The translations under genes and the position numbers were made by a program. A DNA stretch of 64,000 nucleotides from positions 45,535 through 109,534 of the IMG/VR virus record IMGVR_UViG_3300018475_000104; one strand, 5' to 3'. This stretch comes from a virus. Lineage: Duplodnaviria; Caudoviricetes. The notes below the pieces were generated by a model, which had not been told where the DNA came from, did no database searches, and saw only the letters and a list, made by a program, of their open reading frames with translations. Positions 9,916 through 18,260 of the stretch are shown piece after piece; the first letter of the stretch is position 1; each line of letters opens with the position of its first letter.

Positions 9916-10604
9916 AATTAAAAATTGGACACCAAGAAGGGAAACCGCTTGTGTGAATCGTGTCAAATTCGGTAAAACTCTTTAGGAGAATACAATGGCA
10001 ACAAAAATTTCACTTTTAAGTGACGAAGAATTTTAGAAAATAATTTATGAATCTTATTCCTATGCTGAATGTTGTAGAAAGATTGGATATAGTGATAAAG
10101 GAAGTCATGGCACAGATGCGATAAAGAAAAGATGTCAAGAACTTAACTTGTCTACTAGTCATTTTTCTAAGACCAAGGCAGCAAATAAAAGTAGCACAAA
10201 ATATTCTTTAGATGATATATTGATTGAAAATTCTAATTATAAAAACATATCAAGATTAAAAACTCGACTAATCAATGAAAACAAACTTGAATATAAATGT
10301 GCTATATGTGGTAATACTGGAGAATGGAATAATAATCCCCTAGTTCTTCAATTAGACCATATTAATGGAAAACACAACGACCATCGTTTAGAAAATCTAA
10401 GATTCTTATGTCCTAACTGTCATTCTCAAACAGAAACATATTCTGGAAAAAATAAAAATAAAGACAATACCGAGCTAAATCAGTAAAAAACTGTAAATGT
10501 GTAGAGACTAAACGGCACGAACCTAAACCCAATTTGGGCATGGTTAAGATATAGTCCAGACTACAACACAAATAATTGTGGCCATGGTGACATGGAGTAG
10601 TATG
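9916..10604 (+). mobile_element. Group I self-splicing intron (689 nt) inserted between anticodon positions 35 and 36
   Basis: P1 with U.G wobble exactly at exon U35 (TCTAATT/AATTGGA). P3 CGTGTC/GGCACG. P4 TTCGGTA/TACCGAG. R element GTAGAGACTAA, S element AAGATATAGTCC. P9 hairpin CCATG-GTGA-CATGG with GNRA loop. Terminal omega-G at 10604. Confidence 0.92.
9995..10486 (+). CDS. Intron-encoded HNH homing endonuclease; in-frame TAG at codon 14 (10034)
   Basis: RBS AGGAG at 9984 and ATG 9995, in frame with ORF 10148..10486. CAIC...LDHING...HRLENLRFLCPNCH HNH motif. Confidence 0.88.
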
Positions 10605-10691
10605 AAAACCGTAATATCCTTCTGACGGAGGTTATCTGGGTTCGAATCCCAGCACGGCCGCCAATCAAATATTTTACTGGAGGACAGTCCA

Positions 10692-10916
10692 ATGAGAGAT
10701 GGTTTTGATGCCTCTAGTTTTCTAATACCCAAAGCATTCCATGATTTACCACTTTTTGGTGGAGGAGAAGGAAATGACGTTGGGTGGATGTTACTAGATC
10801 TTGCAACCTACTATAATGAACTTTTAGACAAATACTTACAAACTAATGATGACAGATATTTAAAAGTTTTAAATGCAATACTACCAAATCTAAGGAGAGA
10901 ATTAGAAGATGAGTGA
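10692..10916 (+). CDS. Hypothetical protein
   Basis: RBS GGAGG; overlaps the dut start. Confidence 0.6.
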   Translation: MRDGFDASSFLIPKAFHDLPLFGGGEGNDVGWMLLDLATYYNELLDKYLQTNDDRYLKVLNAILPNLRRELEDE

Positions 10917-11838
10917 TAATGTAATTCAGATGCCAAATACACAAGTAGAAGAAACAGAACAGCCAAATGTTCTTGAAAGTGCTTTTAATGCTATAACAGA
11001 AGCCGCGCCAGAGCTTCAAGGTATGGAAGGAGTAGCTGCTTTACTAGCAATGCCAGATAAAGAATTTTCTGTGCTCGCGCCGCTCGTGCTTGAGAATATG
11101 GAAAAATCTTTAAACAATGTTAGCGATAAACTAATTCTTGTTCAGGCACTAAATGCCAGTGGGGGCACTTCTGAGGACTTAATCGAAGCTTTTGCTAAAC
11201 TAACCGATGAAATTGATAATCAGCTAACTACTCTAACACGTGCAAAGCGCGATTTCGTAAAACAGCTTATTGGTATGCTTTGTAATGCAATTGCAGATAC
11301 AGAGGGTATTGCTAAAAAAATCATCCAAGTTCCTTTTGAGTTGTGTCATCCCAATGCTAAAATGCCTACCTATGCAAATGTAAACGATGCTGGTATGGAT
11401 ATTTATGCATTAGAAGATATCACAATTCATCCTGGTGAGACAATTATTGTTAAAACTGGGTTAAAATGCGCGATTCCTAAGGGCTATGAACTCCAAGTTC
11501 GTCCTAAGAGTGGTAGAGCTTATAAAACTAAAATGCGCATTGCAAATACTCCTGGTACAATTGATAGTGGCTATCGTGATGAAATTGGAGTAATTATTGA
11601 TAATATCGAACCTAAGATTAAAGATATTACCTTTGAATCTGATTTAGTTGATGGTAAGCCTGAATACAAAATTACTTCCGTTCTCTTTGGCGAAGATATG
11701 CATATCGGAGAGGGCGAAAAATTTGCCCAATTAGTATTGAATGAAATTCCTAAGTGTGCGCCTTACCAAGTTGAAAGCGTCGCTGCTATTGAGAATGATG
11801 GTCGTGCAGGCGGATTTGGAAGTACGGGGTTAAAGTAA
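10909..11838 (+). CDS. dut: Trimeric dUTPase with an N-terminal extension of about 135 aa
   Basis: Motifs AGMDI, RPKSG, GTIDSGYRDEI, AQLV, RAGGFGSTG. Confidence 0.92.
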   Translation: MSDNVIQMPNTQVEETEQPNVLESAFNAITEAAPELQGMEGVAALLAMPDKEFSVLAPLVLENMEKSLNNVSDKLILVQALNASGGTSEDLIEAFAKLTDEIDNQLTTLTRAKRDFVKQLIGMLCNAIADTEGIAKKIIQVPFELCHPNAKMPTYANVNDAGMDIYALEDITIHPGETIIVKTGLKCAIPKGYELQVRPKSGRAYKTKMRIANTPGTIDSGYRDEIGVIIDNIEPKIKDITFESDLVDGKPEYKITSVLFGEDMHIGEGEKFAQLVLNEIPKCAPYQVESVAAIENDGRAGGFGSTGLK

Positions 11839-12143
11839 TGAGTGAATTTTGGAAAGATAAAGATTATCATATGATAGGTAGTAGATGTAGTGGAAAAACT
11901 ACTTCGCTACTTTATGCCGCAGAATTAAGAGGCATTAAAAATATAGTTATGGCTGAATCACAAGTAGGTAAATTAAAAGAACAAGAATTGGGGTATCCAG
12001 AAGGAACTTTTAATTTTATTAACTATAAAGATTTCGACCCTTTAACAATGAAAGAAGATTTTTTAATTGACGAAGTAGATAATTTTTTACATTATCTTTT
12101 TCGTGGATACAGAGGATTTACAATGTCCTCGCAAGAATATTAA
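11838..12143 (+). CDS. Small P-loop-like protein
   Basis: GSRCSGKTT and FLIDE motifs. Confidence 0.6.
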   Translation: MSEFWKDKDYHMIGSRCSGKTTSLLYAAELRGIKNIVMAESQVGKLKEQELGYPEGTFNFINYKDFDPLTMKEDFLIDEVDNFLHYLFRGYRGFTMSSQEY

Positions 12144-12160
12144 TTATTGAGGTAATTTAA

Positions 12161-12892
12161 ATGGCGCGAATCCGATTAGAGGACATTCAATAGGAACTCG
12201 CGCGGGATGGCTGGAAGGTCATATCTGAAGAGTATGTCAATCTTGATACGGAAATGATATTTGAATGTAACGAAGGACATCGTGTTTATGCGCCGTGGAA
12301 AAAGATTAGACAGAAAAGAGTTTGTCCTATATGTCAACAAAATTTTGAAAAAAGAGAACAAACAATTATTCCAAAACCAAAAGATAAAAATCGTGTTCTA
12401 GCTTTAGACTAGGCAACAAAAATAACTGGGTGGTCAATATTTGACGGCGCGCAGTTAGTAAAATTTGGAACTTTTGAAACTTCTTTGAATGAAGAGATAG
12501 CAAGAGATAATGCAGTTAAGATATGGCTCATCTCAATGATTGAGAACTGGAAGCCAGACTACATTGGAATAGAAGGAATTTAGCTTTAGGAAAATAGTGA
12601 AGAGCGTAAGATGGGCGTTACAGTTTTTGAAACCCTTGCGCGCCTTCAAGGTATTCTAATGGAAACCGCCTATGAGCATAAAATTCCCTTTAAAATTTGC
12701 CCAACCAATACTTGGCGAGGGCATTGTGGAGTAAAAGGAAAATCTCGCAGTGATAAAAAACGTTCAATGCAACTTATAGCAAAAAGACTTTATGACATCA
12801 CACTAACCGATGATGAAGCAGATGCAATTGGTATTGGTAAATATATAAGCGAGACTTGTGCAAAAGAAGTTTCAATTGAATCATGGGAATAA
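12161..12892 (+). CDS. RuvC-like Holliday junction resolvase with N-terminal Zn-ribbon; 4 in-frame TAG
   Basis: Reads VLALD*ATKITGWS, IGIEGI*L*E, DDEADAIGIG. TAGs at 12191, 12410, 12581, 12587. Confidence 0.85.
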
Positions 12893-12924
12893 AAAAGAGA
12901 GGTATTTCTACCTCTCTTATTTTT

Positions 12925-13287
12925 TTATTTAACTTTATATGTCTCCCACACAAATCGGTCGGAGGGGTCAAAAGTATCCCATATAACTCCATCAATTATG
13001 CAAGTAATATGCCCATTCATTGTAACAAGATAAACACCTTGATTAAACTCTTCAGCGAATTCACCTACCGTCATTTTACCGCGGCAATCACATACTTTAT
13101 CATATCGCCTACTCAAATACTAATCAATGTATAAAACCTCATCGGGCATAATTGCTTGAGACTGCGCGAAGTCACTTAATTTTTCATAAGTCTCATCCCA
13201 GGTGGCGCCCGTTGCGAGTGAAATTGCACGAACTGTACAATCATTAACTCTTCTTCCCAACGGGTTAGCATTATAGTAATGAAACAT
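12925..13287 (-). CDS. Hypothetical protein, possible Cys-His peptidase-like fold; 1 TAG
   Basis: ATG 13287 overlaps the upstream TAA. Reads YYNANPLGRRVNDCTVRAIS...GHITCIIDG...DTFD. Confidence 0.7.
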
Positions 13288-13811
13288 TATAATTTACTAA
13301 GCTTCTGTAAGTGACGGCGAATAGTCTCTTTTTCTTGAGGAGTTTCAGCAAATTCCATTGTAGATTCAACGAAGGTGCAAATTGCATACATTAGTTTCTC
13401 AATACCATCCTGTAGGCGCGCTTCGTCTCCTCCATGCATATAACGGTCACGACCATATTCATAACTTTCCGCGCCATCCATAATTCTATCCATATGGTCG
13501 CGCATTCTCATGTCCTGACCTCTATAGGTACCATAATTATTATATCCGCCTCTGTCATAGTCATCTCTGTAATTACCACCACGGCGGCCATAGTTGCCAC
13601 CATCGCGATAGCCAGAATAATCTCTATAATCATCACGATATCTTGGCATATCATAACCTCCTTGTTCCATGGCTGCAATGGTAGACAAGTCTTTTCTTGC
13701 CTCTGCCAAAGCTTTAAAATTTTGTACAGTATTTGCGCTCAAACCTTTTTCGGCCATAGCCATTAGTTCTTTATCTAGAACTTCATTAATTTTTTTAACA
13801 TCTAAAGCCAT
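13287..13811 (-). CDS. Hypothetical protein with Arg/Gly/Tyr/Asp-rich central repeats
   Basis: RBS AGGAGG; YRD and GGNY repeats. Confidence 0.8.
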   Translation of the reverse strand: MALDVKKINEVLDKELMAMAEKGLSANTVQNFKALAEARKDLSTIAAMEQGGYDMPRYRDDYRDYSGYRDGGNYGRRGGNYRDDYDRGGYNNYGTYRGQDMRMRDHMDRIMDGAESYEYGRDRYMHGGDEARLQDGIEKLMYAICTFVESTMEFAETPQEKETIRRHLQKLSKL

Positions 13812-13823
13812 AACTCAACCTCC

Positions 13824-14210
13824 TTAACCAGTGGTTATAGGAAGGGCCAAGGCGTTGTTAGCACAACGGGAGCAAGGTAACTTTCCTAAGAGTTTAAATA
13901 CACCATCTGCGATACCAGTGTTGACACAGACAGAATAGCGGGTTCGTCTATTAATCTAACAAGCATAAACTGTTGTACAATCACAGTTCACTAATGGATA
14001 AGTGGTAGCCGTATCTGCGCCAATAGTTATAGCAACTGGCGCTGTAATAGTAGTTGCATCGGGTAAATTCTGCGCGACAACTATGCAATATTTCTCTCCA
14101 TCGCCATAACTGCCCGCAGGAATATTAATTAACAAAGTATTATCTGCAAAAGTAACTGATTCAGAAATTACCAGTCTTTTGCATAAAGTTTTAACATTCT
14201 GGCAACTCAT
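13824..14210 (-). CDS. Hypothetical Cys-rich protein; 1 TAG
   Basis: Start MSCQNVKTLCK; reads through TAG 13956 to TAA 13824. Confidence 0.75.
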
Positions 14211-14301
14211 AACATCTACCTCTCTAATAAAAGAGAGGGTATCAGCGTGATACCCTCTCAAAAATCACGCCGGAGCGGAGTTTTTAAGTTTTAGTTAATT
14301 T

Positions 14302-15123
14302 TTAGCCGCAACCGCAACCGCACCCATTGTTGCCGAAATTGAATCCAAAGTTCCCATAGCAGCAATTGGGGTTAGGAACTACATAGGCAGGTACGGGGCA
14401 ATCTCTGCCGAGACGACGAAGAAGTTCAGCGGTCTGGGCTTCCTGGTTTGCAGCGATATATGCGTTCTGCGCGCTCTGAGAAGCCTGGAAACGGAGAGCT
14501 TGATTCTCTGCAGTAAGAGTATCAATTTTGTCTTTAACTAGGAAATCAAGAATGGAACGAGTGTTATTGTTCTGGTTTTCAATAATGTCTCTTGTGTTAT
14601 TCTGGAGAGTGTTGCGAGTATCGCAGAACTGAGATGCCATATCATACCGCATATCGCAGCAGCATTGTGCTAGCTGGGCGGCGAGAGCATTAAAGCCTGC
14701 CTGATTCTGGAAGCTGGCGTTCATAATTGATTTATCAACGCCACAGAAACCGGAAGCCATCTCTCTCTGAGTAGTGCAGCAGCAATTCTGAATAGCACTT
14801 AACACACCATTAATAGCATTGTTCTGAGCATAGAAGCCATCACATAGTCCATTAGCAAGACTACGAATGCCATTGTCGAGCTGATTGAAGTTGAATGCAT
14901 CGGTCATTCCCTGTGCAGTGGCGGGTACGCAACATGCGCTGTAGCCTCCGCCATTTTCGCTGCCAAAGCCGCCGTTACGGCCCCAGCCGCCCATAGCGAA
15001 GAAGAGAATTAAGATTATCACCCACCATGCTCCGTTGTCGCCACCAAAGCCACTGTCGGAGCCTCCACCAGAGTTACGTAGAGCTAGAGCATCAGCCACA
15101 GAAATTCCTTCGTTTCCTGTCAT
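14302..15123 (-). CDS. Hypothetical Gly/Cys/Asn-rich membrane-anchored coiled-coil protein
   Basis: Hydrophobic AWWVIILILFFAM segment, CCC repeats, C-terminal GCGCGCG; RBS AGGAG. Confidence 0.85.
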   Translation of the reverse strand: MTGNEGISVADALALRNSGGGSDSGFGGDNGAWWVIILILFFAMGGWGRNGGFGSENGGGYSACCVPATAQGMTDAFNFNQLDNGIRSLANGLCDGFYAQNNAINGVLSAIQNCCCTTQREMASGFCGVDKSIMNASFQNQAGFNALAAQLAQCCCDMRYDMASQFCDTRNTLQNNTRDIIENQNNNTRSILDFLVKDKIDTLTAENQALRFQASQSAQNAYIAANQEAQTAELLRRLGRDCPVPAYVVPNPNCCYGNFGFNFGNNGCGCGCG

Positions 15124-15155
15124 AACTTTATTCTCCTATTTTATTTATTAATTGC

Positions 15156-15398
15156 TTATAGATGTTTAACTGCGTCCATTAAAGATTGAAACTCAGCGCT
15201 AAAGTTTCGACCTTGCGAACCCAGCATCTATGTAGCAATCTATTCCAATTGCTTTACATCACCATTACGACCCAATTGAAGCAAATTTTGCATCTGTGGG
15301 TTGTTTGGGAAATTTTGTTGAATTATTTGTTGCGCGACTGCTTGTGGATTTCCACCTTTAAGCATCATCATCAATTGCATTGGATTTAAAGCTGCCAT
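15156..15398 (-). CDS. Small Gln/Asn/Met-rich protein; 2 TAG; missing from the ORF track
   Basis: MAALNPMQLMMMLKGGNPQAVAQQ...QLE*IAT*MLG...; RBS AGGAGG. Confidence 0.75.
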
Positions 15399-15868
15399 TT
15401 TTCTGTCCCTCCTTTATTAGGTGAAAGTGATTTTTCAATAGCGGAGAGTCTATCGTTGAATTGGCTTAAGACCTCTGCTAATTTGCTTTCTACTTGCGAG
15501 GGTTCAGATTCTTTAGGAGAAGTTTGTGTTGCGGGAGTTTGATTTGTTATTTGATTGTCTAAGGGAATTAACTTATATCCTATCATACTTGGATTACCAT
15601 TTTGCATTGTTTTGATGAATAACGTTCCATCTGTTAAACAAATACTCGCGGAAAGTCCATTAGTGATGGGGATATTGTTTACATCAGAAGACGACCGAAT
15701 CATGTATACGGCGCCTTGTGGTTGTGGAAAGTAAGTTTGACTTTCCTGGGTCATAGGAGTTGGATTGTACCCTACTGGTGTCCCCATTGGCATATTTAAA
15801 TAATTTTGAGCCGGGTTTTGAGTAAACTGAGGAGCAGTGGGGAATTGAGAATAATTATAATTCGCCAT
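15386..15868 (-). CDS. Hypothetical Pro/Gln-rich protein
   Basis: 160-aa ORF with RBS AGGAG; first gene of the cluster. Confidence 0.75.
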   Translation of the reverse strand: MANYNYSQFPTAPQFTQNPAQNYLNMPMGTPVGYNPTPMTQESQTYFPQPQGAVYMIRSSSDVNNIPITNGLSASICLTDGTLFIKTMQNGNPSMIGYKLIPLDNQITNQTPATQTSPKESEPSQVESKLAEVLSQFNDRLSAIEKSLSPNKGGTEKWQL

Positions 15869-15999
15869 CTTTTTAATCTCCTTTTGGTTTGTTTTTTCTT
15901 CCCTTCTACTAAAAAGTCGCGGAGAAAGGGAGACGTTACAAAAAATTTATAAAATTTAAAATTTCAAAATTAGGGCTTACGCAGTTGGAGAGAATAAAG

Positions 16000-16029
16000 A
16001 AAAAGAGCGAACTTAATGGTTCGCTCTCT
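16000..16029 (-). terminator. Intrinsic terminator after the tail-fibre genes
   Basis: GAGCGAAC/GTTCGCTC hairpin followed by a T-run on the - strand. Confidence 0.7.
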
Positions 16030-16031
16030 CA

Positions 16032-16709
16032 TTATACAGCTTTTTTGCCATCTATCACAACTTCTCCGACAGCAAGATATTTTTGTCCAATATAATCTGA
16101 ACCATATTTATCCCCTGTCATATTATACCAACTTGTAAATTTTATCATTATATATTGATAAGCATTATTGTAATTCCTACAATCAATAACCGAACTGCCA
16201 CCAGAAGTTGCGCCGTCAAGCCCAGAAAAATCAATTAATTTTGTTTGCGAGCCATCTATAGAATCAAATCCATAAATCGTACCTGCAACAGGTCCATTAA
16301 TTAAGACAGTCCAAACTCGATTATATAAAGTTACTTTTATATTTTTTAAAGCATAAGGAAGTTTTATTGCGAGCCAAGGGGCGGTATCATTATTAGCTGT
16401 TGCCCAAGAATAATTAGAATTTAATATCCCATTGAAAGCTTTTGCTATCCCATAAGCTATATAGCTATTATGTGTAGAACAATAATAGGTATATCCATTA
16501 CTTGTATAACCTCCGCTTAAGCCAGTCTAATATTCAGAAGTTGGATCTTTGGCTTTTATAAGTGGATGACCATTCTCTTGAATCCAATGAGGTATTCTAA
16601 TTCCATTTACATATGCCCAATATTCTGTTCCGGTGGCAGGATCATAAGGAATATAATCTGTTGCAGTGTTTTCATTTTCATTCATTATAATTCGTTTTGC
16701 TACAGCCAT
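16032..16709 (-). CDS. Putative receptor-binding/discoidin (F5/8C)-like tail accessory protein; 1 TAG
   Basis: Reads through TAG 16527 to TAA 16032; KAFNG...SWAT...PWLAIKLP pattern. Confidence 0.6.
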
Positions 16710-16718
16710 AATTATACC

Positions 16719-17774
16719 TCACGAAGTTTTAAATGATACTAGGCCTTCATGCCAAACTTTTTTAGTTGAACCACTACTATTCGCAGCATTTGGTATACAA
16801 ACATAAATAGTTTCATTACCTGCAGTCCCATCATGTCCAGTAGAAATATAAGTCTTGCCAGTATGATGTTTTGTAGCCGTTTGTGTAGAACCAATCCATA
16901 AATTTGTACCATTATCATTCACACCAGGATAATCATAGCCAGTAGAATCTTTTAAATAATATCCTCTACTAGAACCAGTTGCAGAAGTAAGAATTTTTCC
17001 TGTTATAGTTCCTCCAGCAAGTGGTAAATAGATATTATTTTCATTTGATTTTTCCCAGCCTTTATATATCCAAGAGGTAATATCTCCGTTTGTATATACA
17101 TGTCTTGAATAATAATAATTTTTATTATAAGGTCTATATACTTGTCGTAAATAGATATAAGTTCCACTAATCCCATCTTCACCAGCGGCATCTGAAACTT
17201 CAAGTACTCCCGCCAAAGCTTCTGGAATGTTTGTAATAAAACCTGCTAGTTTATTACTTGCAATACTATATTTACCAAGTGTTCTAAATTCTGGATCATT
17301 AAAATCTTTTGGATCCTCTGCTGTTGCTGTTATTACATAGTCAGCTTTACCATAACTACTAATAGCTAAATTTAATCTAGCTTGTTCAGCCGTACTTGCG
17401 CCGGTGCCTCCCTCGGTAATTTTCACAAGTTCGGCAGTTGTTAAAATTTTCTTTCCTTTAATAGTTAAACTATTAGTTATATCACCGCCAGTAAGTGGTA
17501 AATACGTTTGTACCAAATGATTTTTAATAGCCTCATCTTCATTTTCTATCTAAGAAATTACATAACTAGCAACAGCCTTACCCGTAACTCCAGAAGTTTC
17601 GTCTGTGCTATCAATTTCATTAACTAACCTTGAACCAACTACTTTTGCTTCTTGATTTTCTCCCTATCCTATATATAAAAGTCCATCATCAGTACAATAA
17701 CCAAGTTCAAAAGCCTGTAGAACTCCCACACCAGGAGCATTCGTTCCGTGCTTAATCTATATAATATTAGCCAT
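16719..17774 (-). CDS. Tail fibre protein (TAG-recoded)
   Basis: Starts MANII*IKHG...FELGYCTDDGLLYIG; contains YLPLTGG/YLPLAGG and GGTGASTAEQARLNL fibre motifs. Confidence 0.8.
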
Positions 17775-17824
17775 TTTTTCCTCCTTTTAAAAATAAAGGG
17801 CGCCAATGTTCTGGCGCCCGCTTA

Positions 17825-18202
17825 TTATTCCTCTATAAAAGGCATTAGCCATTCCATTTCTGTTATACTTAATTCAAAAAAGTCCAACTCTTCAAGAGTA
17901 AATTTGATGTCTATGGCATCAATTTCTAAATTAGATAGTTCTCTAATTTTTTCTTCACATTCTTGAATTTTATCAGGTTTAATACGGACTCCTTGTTGGT
18001 CAGATGTTAGAAGATAGTCTCCATTTTCATCAATCATTCCATATTCACGAATCAAGTCAGTCATCTTCTTTTGATAAAAGAAAGCTTCTTCTTCAAGTTT
18101 ATTAAGTAATTTGTTTAATTTATATGCTGTCTTGATTGGCATTTTCTTTTCTTTTATATCATTATAGAATTTTTTACATTCTAAGATTTGATACATCTTC
18201 AT
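17825..18202 (-). CDS. Hypothetical tail-fibre-associated protein
   Basis: 125-aa ORF with RBS AGGAGG, followed by a GGGCGCC/GGCGCCC hairpin. Confidence 0.75.
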   Translation of the reverse strand: MKMYQILECKKFYNDIKEKKMPIKTAYKLNKLLNKLEEEAFFYQKKMTDLIREYGMIDENGDYLLTSDQQGVRIKPDKIQECEEKIRELSNLEIDAIDIKFTLEELDFFELSITEMEWLMPFIEE

Positions 18203-18231
18203 AGTAATTCCTCCTTTTAACTCTTTATTTT

Positions 18232-18260
18232 ATTATAACAGAATTTTTAATTTATGTCAA
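18232..18260 (-). promoter_or_regulatory. Consensus SigA promoter inside the late operon
   Basis: TTGACA-17 bp-TATAAT overlapping the end of the upstream tail gene. Confidence 0.75.

Larger units (their letters stand above)
9882..10663 (+). tRNA. Amber suppressor tRNA (anticodon CUA) split by a group I intron; exons 9882-9915 and 10605-10663
   Basis: Joined exons give a 93-nt cloverleaf: acceptor AGCCGTG/CACGGCC, D-arm GTTT-AATGGTA-AAAC, anticodon arm CCGGT-CTCTAAA-ACCGT, 23-nt variable arm, T-arm CTGGG-TTCGAAT-CCCAG, G73 and encoded CCA. Confidence 0.9.

Noticed and set aside
10605-10663. Isolated tRNA 3' half as an attP/attR integration scar
   Set aside because: The matching 5' half lies 689 nt upstream and the intervening sequence is a complete group I intron.
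9882-10663. tRNA-Sec or tRNA-Pyl
   Set aside because: The anticodon is CUA, not UCA, with a 7/5 acceptor/T fold, so it is not Sec. tRNA-Pyl has a very short variable loop and a 6-bp anticodon stem, unlike this one.
10544-10732. 62-aa minus-strand ORF
   Set aside because: It is antisense to the intron 3' end and tRNA exon, whose sequence is explained by RNA structure.
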